This document shows positions 1 to 12,073 of a stretch of 64,000 nt of DNA, piece by piece. The first letter of the stretch is position 1, and every line of letters starts with the position of its first letter. A program made the translations under genes and the position numbers. The stretch spans positions 1,097,767 through 1,161,766 of the forward strand of contig NW_003314323.1 in NCBI RefSeq assembly GCF_000143415.4. Reading direction: 5' to 3'. Origin of the DNA: Selaginella moellendorffii (taxonomy: Eukaryota; Plantae; Lycopodiophyta). The notes under the pieces were generated by a model, which saw nothing but the letters and a program-made list of their open reading frames with translations, searched no databases and had not been told where the DNA came from.

Positions 1-121
1 TCTCGGGGCTAGCAAGCCCAAGTCCGAAATGGGACTTATGGAGGTTGTGAGTGAAACTCCTACAAGTGGTTGAAGGTGTGGTTAAGTGACTAAAATAGAA
101 TGGAAAATTTAGTTGCTTACA
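1..121 (+). mobile_element. End of a family-A LTR in opposite orientation, inserted in the internal region of another family-A element
   Basis: Reverse complement of the A-LTR terminus seen at 55457 (tgtaagcgactaaattttccattctac); ends ...tttagttgcttaca at 121, then switches to sequence homologous to ~57800 onward. Confidence 0.85.
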
Positions 122-3100
122 TTCCCCATTCTAGGAGGTTTTTTACTTGAGGGCACCATCATCCTCTCTTCGATATCAGGCTACGTTCCAATTATTATAA
201 TTTATGCTAGGGCTGCCCACGGCCCTATTATTTGGCAACCTTACCGCTCCCCCCTTTGGAGCATCCACTTTTGCCAAATTGGAGCGGTTGGGAATCCATC
301 CTTGGGGAAATATTGCCTTTCCCACAATCCGTTAGCACTCAACACATTAGTGTTCTCACCTAACTTTGCCATTTGGATTCTTTCCTATGATTCCCATGGC
401 TCTTTTCTTAGCCATTAGTCTTTTGCTTCTATCCTTGATTGTTGCACCTAGTAACATAGGATCGCTACCTCCATTTTCGAGGTTTCCTTTCAGTTCTATA
501 GCAACACTTTACTTTGCCAAGTTCAAAGGGTGTTCACCCCTAGTATGTCTCTTTAACATTTTTTGCTATGGGCTCTATCCATGGCCCAACTTTTGAGACC
601 CTCCCTTGGATCTCTTGTAGAGACTACTTTTCTCGGAATTACTATGCCATCGCATTGACATACCTCATTTCCCTTAGGTGTTCTTCCCACTTAGTCACCT
701 TGACCAAGCCACACCATCATCAATAGTTCAAATCAACACTTTTGAACTAGGAACTTTATCCCTTAAACTCACAAAGACCTTGTCTTTGTTTTAGCCATAA
801 AACCACCTAGTGATCTAACCTTGGCACCTTAACAGGTTTGCTAATAGGTACTAAGTCTTCCAGACTTTTAAATTATTGACCATGACCCCAAGGGCATCCC
901 CCACACTTGGCGGTGCACCCAAGCTAGCCCTTCTGGCTAAGGGTTCATAGCAACTGAGATTGGGTGTCCCCATTTCATTCACCACGTCCTTGGTGCCACT
1001 CGCACCAAAGTGTTCAAGTTAGATATGCCGAGCCACACTAAACAATCTAACCGTGCATCACGACTCTAAGGCATCCCTCACTTGGCGGTGTGCCCAAACC
1101 AGTCTCCTCACTAAGAGTCCATGACAACCGAAAAATGAGTGTCTTCATATTCCAAACTATTACCACACCCTAGTGAATTGGGACTCGAACCCAAGCACTA
1201 GAGGGTCGGGACTCGAACCCAACCTCCGTATATGCATCTACGGATGGCATCATACATGATGCCTAGCGTGACTCCCCACGCCGGTGCACCATCATGTACT
1301 TAAAGCGTGCTATAGATCACAACTTAGGAACCTAGTTCCTCCACACTGTCAAGTCCTCTCACTTGACAAGTCTGTGATCATGCATGGGCTCCTCTATGCT
1401 CGGCCCCATGGGCCACCCCTTTTGAAGTTAGCACCTTCAACTAGGGGATTTGTTCCCCTGACTTGCCAATCTCACTTAGCAAGTCATCCGGCTACTGTAA
1501 CATGGTTCATGCATAAGTGTGAAAGTCCTTAACCATCGACTTTCGTTCAAAGCCCTCTCTTTGAACACTTGGGAACTACTTCCCCAACCTTGATAGCCTC
1601 ACCTCATGGCTAGCTTCAAGACCACGCTTTTGTTGTGCCACTCCGATTTTGTGCACTTTAGAAACCATTTAGACTTGGCTTTCTAGGTACTTATCTACCT
1701 AGATTTGTTTTTGGGAACCTTCAAGGAACTTTGTTCCTTAGCTTGCTAAGGCTTCTCCTTCGCAAGCTCTCTACTCCTCATATGGTCTAACATGGATAAT
1801 TCCACATTTTAAACTCTCCATGGCATCGCAATTGCTAGTAGCAACATCCTTGAGCACCCTCTTGATTCTCCACTCCCAACTTGCATAACCACTATTGGTT
1901 ATGCTCTTCGATTTCTATAGTTTAGTTCCATCATAATACTACTTGCCTTTTGGCCTCATATATTCCCTTTGGTTATTCTTCTCCAAATTAGAAGGATAGC
2001 TTTGCACCTTCTACTATGCCTTAGCAAATATTCATAGGGATGAACCTACCCAATAGCTTAGGGAGTGGTTCCTCAATCTGGGCATGCTCACTTTATAATC
2101 CCACACACCAGGATTAATGTTGTTACTTATGGGCCTCTATATGCCCATTACTAACCTTGCCAAAATCCCATTTTTGGCTTTGTTCAAATCAGGTAGACAG
2201 ATTTTTCCCATCTCCAAAACCTTGGATAGCACCTCCTATCCATCATTCGCTAGGGAATTAGTCCCTTAGGCCTTATTTAATGCCCTTGTGACTCCAAACA
2301 CCACCTTTTGGGGTTCTAGAGTGTTTGGGTGTCCCAATGATGGCATCCCTGACAATGAACATTTCCTTTTATGACATTGATTTACTATATCGCAATATAA
2401 ACAACTTATCCTCGATAAGGGTATATTTAACTTCTTTATGCCATTAAGAAGTCTTGGGTAGCTACCTTCTACTCGTTTAACCAATTACCTGCACCTCATG
2501 CTTAATTGCCTCATAGTTGTTAAGTTTTACAACTCATTACTTGGTGTTTCCACACCTCCATCATTATCTGGGTTACTACACTCCAACCACATGCTTTCTA
2601 GCATAGGCTATACCATTCCCATTTCCATTAGGACCCCCTTGGCAAGGGGTTCTCATGAACCCATCAACATAACCTCAAGGCATCACACCTTGGCCCATTT
2701 GATGTTTCCACATTATCGGCTTCATGTGTCTGCCTTTATGACACCTTGCACTTGTGTCTAGGTCTTTGCCAAGACCAACCCAGTCGTTTCTCATGCTAAC
2801 TATCCGTTAGCACTACACCATAGTGTTCGCACACAATTTTACACAAAAGTTTGCTTTTTCTAGGAACACCTTTCCCAACACTTTAGCATGGCACGTTCTA
2901 CCATCGATGAGATACCTTCTGTTTTCATCCTTGGATCCTATGATCCCCCCCCTATCATTCGTGGGGTACAATACACCTCAGTCCAAATGCTTCTATCAAT
3001 CCTTCAGGATTTTTCCTTGACTCTATTTGAGTCCTCCAGCTTTTTGGACTTTGTCATCCGATGACCCATAAGGTCCCACTTTTGAGGTGCCAGCTCACTG

Positions 3101-3742
3101 AAATACAACTTCTTGTATTCAAGTCCTACTCACAAGGACCATCTTTGCAAGTGTTACTCTAACACTTGATTTGTTCTCTTGGGGCAACCTTTTGCCCTTT
3201 AGGACCACTTGTTCATGTGATGAGAATACCAACTCATCCTCTAAGTACACCCCCAACTCCTTGGGTTGTTCCAGCATTTATTAGAGGTAGCCCTGGCTAC
3301 CATTTCAAAGACTTGTGTCCCCTTTCGTATTTGACCTTCCACGGTCATTAATTCTGGTCTCAAATTCATGAGCACCAGCCTCAACTACATGAGGGTAATC
3401 TTGTGACTCCATTATTGTCTTGGAGTTTGCATCTTTCCCGTGATCTCAACTATAGTTATTTACCACAACTACATTAGCTTGCTTGCTGTGTCAAACGCTC
3501 ATCTGGATCACATCCTCAACTCTCTGAGGAAACCCTTATACTATTCCCAAGGTCCCAAAGTCGTTCCTTTACTGGCCCTTTTTCATCCACCACATCGTGC
3601 ACAAGTTCACGCATGAACTCGAGTGGAGAGCCATGTCCTCTTGACATGCTACTCCTCGAGGATAGGTCCATACTTAGGACTTTCCAATTCCAATACAAGT
3701 GGTGATATACTTGGCCACCAATAAGAGTCAGACTAAGGAACA

Positions 3743-3754
3743 GCTCTGATACCA
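3743..3754 (-). promoter_or_regulatory. Primer-binding site (initiator Met tRNA) of family-A element
   Basis: Minus strand reads TGGTATCAGAGC, 3 nt from the LTR boundary at 3758. Confidence 0.9.
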
Positions 3755-4154
3755 AATTATAAATGACTAATTTTTTCCATTCTACTTAAGTCACTTAACC
3801 ACACCTCCAACCACTTGGAGGAGTCTCATTCGCAACCTCTATAAGTCCCTCTTAGGACTTGGGGCTTGCTAGCTGAAGAGGTGTGAAAACTCCTCTTCGC
3901 TGGAAATCTATTGTTAGTAAGAAAACAAAAGAGAAAAGGGCCCAGAAAAATTCCTAATCATTGTCTCCAGGTTTGTAGATTTTCTCTCCCAAATTTTTTC
4001 CTTGGATTGCTTCTGCCATAATTCTTAGCTGCTTGGCATTGCATCTTTGTAGATTGCTGTGATTCTTAGTTGCTTGGCATTGCGATTGTGTTATTGATGG
4101 CATGATTCTAAAATTTTGAATTTTTCAAAATTTTTTTAGGCACAGGGCGTGACC

Positions 4155-4300
4155 GATTGTGGATTGGAACAAGAGCAGGGTGTGGGATTTTAGAGGCTGA
4201 GCAATTGTGGATTGGAGCAGCAGCAGGGTGTGGGATTTTAGAGGTTGGACTAAGTGATTGTGGATTGGAGTAGAAGCAAGTGCAGGATTTTAGAGGTTGA
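4155..4300 (+). repeat. Three ~50-bp tandem repeats upstream of the hAT transposase ATG
   Basis: attgtggattgga...caggg tgtgggattttagagg occurs 3 times. Confidence 0.75.
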
Positions 4301-4308
4301 GCTGAGTG

Positions 4309-6371
4309 ATGGCATCTGGGAGCCAAAGCAGGAGGACTTCAACAGGGCGACATCCATCATCCGTTTGGTGGGAAGAAGTGATCCTTGGTGATCAAACAAA
4401 CTGCCGTAGTGGGCATTGACGCTGGTCTTGCAAGTGGTGTTCGTTGAGAGACAAAGTTTCAGGTGTGGATCGTGTGAGGGGACATCTCACAGGGGAAGCT
4501 GGTCATGAAATCTTAAGTTGTGATGTCATCTCAGCAGAGAAGAGACAACAGCTTAGGGAGATAGCTAAAACCATCGACGACCAGGTTTTGGCTGGAAAAC
4601 ACCAAAGCAAGCAACAAGCAGTTTCTACACGTGTCGAAGGCATCCAAAGCACTGGAGGAGAGAGTTTTGTTGCTTCCCAGAGTTCTACACCAGGTGGCAA
4701 TTCTGTAGAAGGAATTTCCAGGTTTTTTTTGCAACGACAGTAGGGAATCCGGGATTCTTTTGATCCAAAAAGGAAGGAAGCAGTGGATATGGCTATAGGA
4801 CGATTTTTCTGGAACGAGCACATACCATTTGTGAAAGCTCGTTCTCACCATTTCAAGGAGATGGTGCAGCAGATTGCAAGGCATGGAATTCCCTACGATC
4901 TTCTAACAAAGACAGCATTGCGAGAGCAATTGTTGCAAGTGGAGAAAGCCAATCTTGAAGTTCAACTTGCCAAGGTGAAGGCACGTTGGAAGAATTGTGG
5001 GGTTACTCTTGTTGCTGATGCATGGAATGACACAAGAAATCGACATGTCATGGGGCTTGTTGCATACAGCAGAGGATAGTCAACTTTTCTTGAGGCCATT
5101 GATATATCTTCTAATGGGAAGACGGCTGATAACATTTTTGCGACATGGGAGCAAAGTATCGAGATTGTTGGAGAGGAGAATGTTGTTCTTATTGTCACGG
5201 ATGGTGAGGCTTCAAACAAGGCTGTTGCTAGGCTTCTAGAGGCGAGGAAGCCAAGGATTATGTGGGCTCCGTGCTTAGCTCATTGTTTGAACAACATTCT
5301 CAAGGATTTCGCAAAACTACCATGGATGGTTGGGCTGCTAGACAAGGGAAAGACTCTGGTTGGCTTCCTCCAGAACCATTCGCATCTAGTAGCGATTTTG
5401 GCATCCTTCTCTTCACGACGAGTGTTGAAGTTCAGCGAAACACGATTCACCTTTAACTTTCTAATGATGGAGAGATTGGTGGAGCTGAGGCCAAAGCTAC
5501 AACAAATGTTTGTGAGCGACGCTTACAATGCAAGGCTAGAGTCAAGGACAGATTCTGGGATAGCATGCTGAGGAATTGTGTTCAACAATACATACTGGAA
5601 CGAGGTTAACCACATGCTGGGTGTTTCAAGGAGGGTGATGTATTTATTACGGATGGTTGACGGAGACGTGCCTATGATTGGGAAGGTCTACGAGGGGATG
5701 GATCAGATGAGCGAGAACATCTGTCAACAAGAGGAGAACAATCTTAGGTATGAGGAGCTAAACCAACTGATTTCAAACAGGTGGTGGGCTTATCATAGCA
5801 CCTTTCACTCCATGGCATACATGCTTGATCCAGAGTTTCAAGGGCAAGGACAGGAAAATCCAGGGAAGTTTCCAAAGATTGGAACATGTACTTGGAGATC
5901 CAATTCCCTGACTATCAGCAAAGGTCAACTATAAAAAATCAGCTTTGCCAATACAGGAACTTGGAGGGTATTTTTGGCACTGGGGACTCTCAGATGGATC
6001 ATACAACAAAGGGTTCTGTGCAGTGGTGGGAGGACAATGGCTACTCAGGTCCAGATTTGCAGAGGTTGGCAATTCGAGTGCTTAGTCAGGCAAGTTCTTC
6101 CTCATCTGTGGAGCTATTGTTCAGCATTTTTGGGCACATCACTTCAAAAAAGAGGAATTGCTTAGCAATGAGCCGGATTGCAGACTTGGTATTTGTGGCC
6201 AGTAATACCAAGTTAATAGGGAGCCACACTTCCTATGACAAGTTTGTGGGATTGAGCCAGACAGGAAGTATTCCTCAAATTACTGATGCTGATATTGAAG
6301 CTATGGAAGAAGAGGATGAAGACAAAGATGATGATCCTGCTAATAAGGAGCTTCTAGATGAGATGGAGTGA
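4309..6371 (+). pseudogene. hAT transposase (zf-BED, DUF659 RNase-H-like core, C-terminal hAT dimerisation domain), several stops and a frameshift
   Basis: WSCKWC...RGHLTG...C BED finger; GVTLVADAWND; SIVTDGEAS; WAPCLAHCLNNILKD; SETRF; WWEDNG..GPDLQRLAIRVLSQASSSSSVELLFS; in-frame stops between ORF pieces, frameshift near 5870. Confidence 0.92.
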
Positions 6372-6395
6372 TAAGTAGAATATTCTAGAGAATAT

Positions 6396-6497
6396 TCGTG
6401 TTTTCACCCGTGTTTATCCGTGTTCATTTCCGTGTTCCGTGTTCGTGTTCAAAAAATTGAATGCCGTGTTCATGTTCGTGTTCGTGTTTTGAAGCTA
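6396..6497. repeat. hAT subterminal repeat cluster (CGTGTT)
   Basis: About 9 copies of CGTGTT within ~100 bp of the terminus. Confidence 0.8.
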
Positions 6498-8030
6498 TGG
6501 TTTAAAGGCTCATAGAATTCCTTCTTGATCGCTCCCCGGGTGTATATGAAGGAGTCTTGCTTGAGAAGATGCTGTGCGATGTCGGCTGGTGTTGGGAAGT
6601 AGTTTGCTTGCTCTCGATGCATGCGTTGATTGAGGGCTTCAAACAACTTGCGGGTGCAGAAGCTTGGGTCTCGAAGTTTATCTTCATACTCCTTTCTGAT
6701 CTCGTCATAATCATGGCGTACCTGACTCTGTGGCTGAGGCATGGCTTCTGCTCCTGCTCCTGCTTTGTGATCCTGGTGTTTCTCGCTAGGGTTCGCTGTG
6801 TTCTTGGTCCTGGGAGTTGAAGTTGCTGGAGGCTGAATCTGCTTCGTTGGATGTGGGTGACGTGGTCGGGCCAGATTCTTTGAGGTGGTTGGAGATGAGC
6901 TTTTCAGTTTGATGGTGGATGAACGGCCCAGATGTGGCGCTGAAATTAATTTATCCGTTGGGAAATTTTTCGCTTGGAATCTTGTTGAAGGGGCGGAATT
7001 TTTGTGAATGCTGGTCGTGGTATTTGCTGGAGGAGGCATGGTTGCGTGTTCTTCAAATGATTGGCGAAGGTAGTCAATGTTTTCTTTTGTGGAACGTGTC
7101 GAGGAGGTTGGGGCGTTGAGAATGTTGTTCTCAGCTGGTGGAGAAATTGAGTTCTGGGTGATCAGCTGACGTTTTTCTTTGGCGATGTTGATGTGTTTGT
7201 GAGAAGTTGTCGGTTTTGGGGCTGATTCGGGTGGATGTGGATGCGGGATCTGGGGTGAGTGTGTATGGTGGTGTGAGTTGTCTTCCTTGTCGCTGATGAC
7301 GAGGTGCTCTCAGATCAGCGGTTTGGGAGGTGGATTCGCTGGTGTTTTGTGTGTGAGGCGGCGGCGAAGTGGAGTTGAATTGTTGGAGTGTTTGTTGCTG
7401 GAGCTGGTGTTGTTGGAGTGAGTTGAACCTGATTGCTGGGATGCTGGCTTCGGTTTCTTGTTGGGAGTTGCTCCTTTTGATTCTGAGTGTTCTTTGGAGC
7501 TGTCGCTTTTTTCTGTGGAGTTCGTTTGGGTTGTCCATGGTTGCTTGTTGGGAAGAGCTTGGTGTAGAGTGATCAGCAGTGGGAAGATTACTGTCCGCAT
7601 GGTCTTCTTGTTGAGTGTGGCAAGGATGGCATGGTCGAGAAGCTTGAGAAGGAGCTCGTGGAGATGATGAGCCACGTTCACACGTTTGCTGTCGAGTAGA
7701 GCTCCATAGACTTCTGTTGTGCACTTGCTGATGGTGCGATCTGTTGGGTGAAGTTTGTAGTAGAGGAGGAGGGCTTTGAGGCGATCCATATACTGCTCCT
7801 CGATGTCCTCCCATGTGAGCTCACCGGTAATTTCTCGATTGGCCTTGATGATTTGCTGTGGAACTTCTCCTGAAAATTTGAGCAGTCCCTTGTTGGAGAT
7901 TTTGAAAATAGAGGCGATTCTTGCTGGGCTGAGGGTGATCTCGTTGGTGCCGTTGGTTATGGTGCTGTTCTTGGTGTTGAAGGAGGCGGCCAGTTTCCTT
8001 GCTAGGTGGTTGTGTCATTGCTGGGAAGCT
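6498..8030 (-). pseudogene. Extra ORF downstream of pol in element B (Athila-type env-like/putative plant transposon protein), fragmented
   Basis: Sense-strand ORF pieces 7310-7789 and 6470-7039; VNVAHHLHELL...VIFPLLITL resembles the conserved block of Athila extra ORFs (from memory, not searched). Confidence 0.5.
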
Positions 8031-8103
8031 TAGGAATATGGTGTATGACGTATCTGAGGTGCTGGGGTGGATGAGCTGGCATCTTTCTCTTCATTTTCTG
8101 TGG

Positions 8104-11100
8104 TCAAAGTGCTTGCCCCATTAGGGTTCTTGAAACCTGTAACTGTTGGTTGGCTGATCGTGTGGCGCTCGATTGCTGGTGATGAACGGTAGAGATTTGT
8201 TGATGGAATTGATGTAGTTTGATTTGGCTTGATTGCAAATCAATGGTGGATATTGCTGATGAAGTTAACTCAAGTTCAACTGTTGATATTTGCTCAGGTG
8301 GCATAGATCCAACGGTAGCTTGGGACTTAGAGATTTTTGCTACTGTTTGTTGCTGAAGTTGGTGGATGAGTTCGTGTTGAGTTGAGTTGAGTTGTGTTGA
8401 ACTGATTTGAGTTAAAGTTTGTCTGCTGGGGTGAGTGTTGATTGTTGGTTTTGGGGTGTTTGTCGGTTTGGGTCTGAAATTTGCTGAGGTGCTGATGCTG
8501 AATATGTCAACGTGATATGGTCGAAGCTTGTTGAGGTTGACGATCTCAGTGAATTCTTCAGCGAGTGTGCTGACTTTGGCGGTGCCGTTGGGGTATAGTT
8601 CAATGATTTTGAAAGGTCCTTGCCAGTTGGTGTGGAGTTTTTGGCCAAGTTTGCCGATGGGTCCTCGGTACCAGAGAACATGATCATCGACACTGTATTT
8701 GGGAATGTTATGCTGGGATGCTTGTCGGTTGTGCCGAGCTTTTCTCTGTTTTTGGATGGCATGAAGTGTCCAGAGGGCATTGAGTCGGAGTTCGTCGAGA
8801 TGTTCGAGTTGCTGAAGCCTTTCTCGAACTGCATGTCGGGTGTCGAGATTATACTGGACGGTGACTCGCATGCTTGGGACGATGAATTCAATTGGCGTGA
8901 TGGCTTCTGTTCCGAAGGCGAGTTTGAATGGCGTCATGTCAGTGGTGACTTTATACGCAGTGCGATAGGCCCAAAGTACGTCAAGAAGTTTGTTGTCCCA
9001 GTCTTTGCCAGAATCGTTGATGACTTTTTTGAGGATGGTCTTCAGTGTTTTGTTCGTTGCTTCTGCTTGACCGTTGCCTTGAGGATAGTATGGTGTCGGC
9101 GTTTTGTGTCGGATTTTGAACTCGGTGGCGAGATGTTCGATTGTTTGGTTGATGAAGTGGGTGCCTCTATCGGTGACGAGTTCGAGTGGTGTGCCGAAAC
9201 GAGTGATGATATTTTTGTAGATGAAGGTTGCTGTTGCTTTCGCTGTGGCATGTCGGAGAGGTATTGCTTTGGCCCACTTGGTAGTGTAATCGGTGGCGAT
9301 GATGATGTACTGATTTCATTGACGGGTGCTGACTTGGGGTCCGATGAAGTCGAGTCCCCATTTCTGAAATGGTGCCATTGGGAATGTTGGGTTGAGTTGT
9401 TGAGTCTGAGTTTTCGGCGGTAATTGGTGTCTTTGACATGTGTCGCAGCGTTTGCAGAATTCTTCAGTGTCATGCAAGAGTGTCGGCCACCAGAGGCCGG
9501 CTTGAAGAATCTTCTGAGTTGTGGTGTCAGTGGCAAAGTGTCCGCCGGAAGGTCCATCGTGAGCTTCCTTGATGATTTGAGTTGTGCTTTGCGGTTTGAT
9601 GCATTGGTGAAGAATGTTGTCAATTCCTAGTTTGTAGAGAGTGCCTCCGATGACTGAGTATTGTCAGGTTTTAGCAACAAAAGTCTTCTTTTGGTTGGAC
9701 GTAGTGTACTGATCTGGAACTCGTGCTGAGTTCAGGTAACTGAAGATGTCATCAAGCCAGGTTGCTGGTATTGAAACTCGGAATAGGTTTGAGTCGGGTA
9801 AGTCATCGGTAAGTCTTTCGGGTTTGTCGCTGGTGGTGATCCGGCTGAGATAATCTGCTTGCTCGTGATTTTTGCTGGGTTTGTGGACGATCTCGAAGTT
9901 GTATTCTTGTAGTAAAAGGAACCATCTTGATATTCAACCAGATAATATTGGCTTGTTGATGAGGTAAAGGAGTGCCTTCTGGTCGACGAAAATTACAACT
10001 TTGGTTGACAGTATGTAGTGTTGAAACTTCTGAAGTGAGTAGATCATGTCGAGAGCTTCTTTCTCGGTGGTGGTGTAATTTCGTTCAGCTGGGTTGAGTA
10101 GTCGGCTGGCGTAGTAGATCGGTTGATCTCGGTTGTCGTGTTGAGTTTGGCTCAGAATTGCACCAGTGGCGACGTCGGAAGTGTCGACATGAATGTGGAA
10201 CTCTTGTGTCCAATCAGGCTTGGCAAGGATTGGTGCTGTTGTTAGTTTGAGTTGGAGATTGTCGAATGCTTGTTGCTGTTCGGACATCCATGTCCATTGG
10301 GCATCTTGTTTCAGTCCATCGGTGAGTGGTTTGGCAATGTGAGTGTACTTGTGGATGAATCGTCGGTGATATCTGACTTTGCCGAGGAAGCGCCGAAGCT
10401 CTTTCTGGTTCTTCGGTGGTTTGAGTTTGGAGATGATGTCGACTTTGTCCTTGTCGATGAGAATGCTGTCTTTGCAGACAATGTGGCCGAGAAGTACTCC
10501 AGATTTGACGAAGAAAGCGCATTTGTCGGGGTTGAGTGCTATGTTGTTCTCCTCGCACTTGTTGAGGCATTTCTCCAGGCATTCAAGATGTTGATCTTCC
10601 GAGCTGAAAACGCTGAAGTCGTCCATGAAGACTCTCATGAAGTCGGTGAGGTAGTCTCGGAAAGTGTTGGTGACAAGCCTTTGGAAGGTGAATGGGGCAT
10701 TGCAGAGTCCAAAAGGCATTCGTCGATAAGCATAGGCTCCCCATGGACTGATGAATGCTGTCTTGTGCTGATCTTCTTCGGCGATGTGAATTTGGTTGTA
10801 GCCGGAGAAACCATCGAGGAAGGAATACATCTCGTGTCTGGCGACTGTGTCAAGAACTTCGTCGGTAAATGGTATTGGGAAGACATCTTTTTCGGTGGCA
10901 TCATTGAGCTGTTTATAGTTGACGCAGATTTGAAGTTTGCCATTTTTCTTTGGCACAACCACTAGTGGTGAAAGCCATATCAGATTCTGAATTAGGTAGA
11001 TGTACTCAACTTGGAGAAGTTTGTCAAGTTCTTTCTTTACTTGTTCCATCAGATTCGGATTCATCCAGTAAGCTGCTTGTCGTCTTGGTTTTGAGTCTGG

Positions 11101-12048
11101 AAGAAGGGTGATGGTGTGAAGGCTGAGTTTTGGGGAAACTCCCTTAAGGTCTCGATAACTCCAAGCGAACAAGTGTTTCTTCTTCCGGAGAAGATTGATG
11201 TCTTTGTCTCGAAAACTTGCCGAGATGTCAGTGGCGAGTACAATGTAGTGTTCGTTGCCGTCGTCGGCAAGGCTGACTTTTTTGAGTTTTTGGTCGGCTG
11301 GAATTGACGGAATGTAGGCAACTTTGTTGTGGTTGTCGACTATGAATGCTGGTGGCGCTTCGAGTTTTGTATCTTGAGTGACTGGATTTTTCAATGCTGA
11401 TGTAATCGGGGGTCGTTCTCGTTGGAAGTCGGTGACAATTCGGAAGAGGTCGATCTCGGCCAAAGGTTAGAGATCAGGGTAGGCTTTGAGAATTTGTTGT
11501 TCTTCATAGTCATCGAGGCCATCTTCGAGATTATATTCTTCCAAGTCAATAGGTCGGTTGTGGCTGGACAGGGATTTGGTCACTTTTGTCGACATGGTTG
11601 TTGGTCGGTCCGGTCCTCGAAGGATAAGATTGTCATTGGGCCAATCTTGATAAACTTGGGCAATTCGGAGCCAAGGTCAACCGAGGAGAATTGAGTATCC
11701 GTCGGTCTGCTCCAGTAGTTTGAGGACAACATAGTTGACTGGTATTTCGATGCCTTGAATGGTGGTGTTGACTTTTCGGATGATGCCTTTGGGTTGAACA
11801 GTTCAGTGGTCGGCCATTCGGACATTGAAAGGTGCTGGGTGAACTGGGCCGATGTTGAGTTGTTGAACAAGACTTTCTTCAATAATATTAACGCTGGAGC
11901 CGCCGTCAATTATGGCTCCTCGAACAAGATGTTTGTCGAGTCGTAGGTCGATTGTCAAAACATCATTGTCACAATCAGCTGGTTGAATCTCAGTTCGAAA
12001 TGTGTCAACACCCGTCTGTGTCGAGTTGAGTGTGAGTGAGTCTGTCAA
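8104..12048 (-). pseudogene. pol: pol of element B: aspartic protease, reverse transcriptase, RNase H, integrase
   Basis: GAIIDGGSSVNII (PR); SPLVVVPKKNGKL..C, LDGFSGYNQI, MPFGLCNAP, FMDD (RT); FHIHVDTS..ATGAIL, NYTTTEKEAL (RH); TPFKLAFG and WQGPFKI (INT with GPF motif); broken by stops and frameshifts. Confidence 0.95.
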
Positions 12049-12073
12049 AGTGTTGGTCGGTGCAAATGTCAGA

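Larger units (their letters stand above)
3945..6497 (+). mobile_element. hAT DNA transposon, right end intact, left end not found
   Basis: Transposase pseudogene, followed by subterminal CGTGTT repeats and a terminus reading TAGCTTCAAAACACG on the minus strand (hAT-type TAG start); B-element ORF sequence resumes at 6498. Confidence 0.8.
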
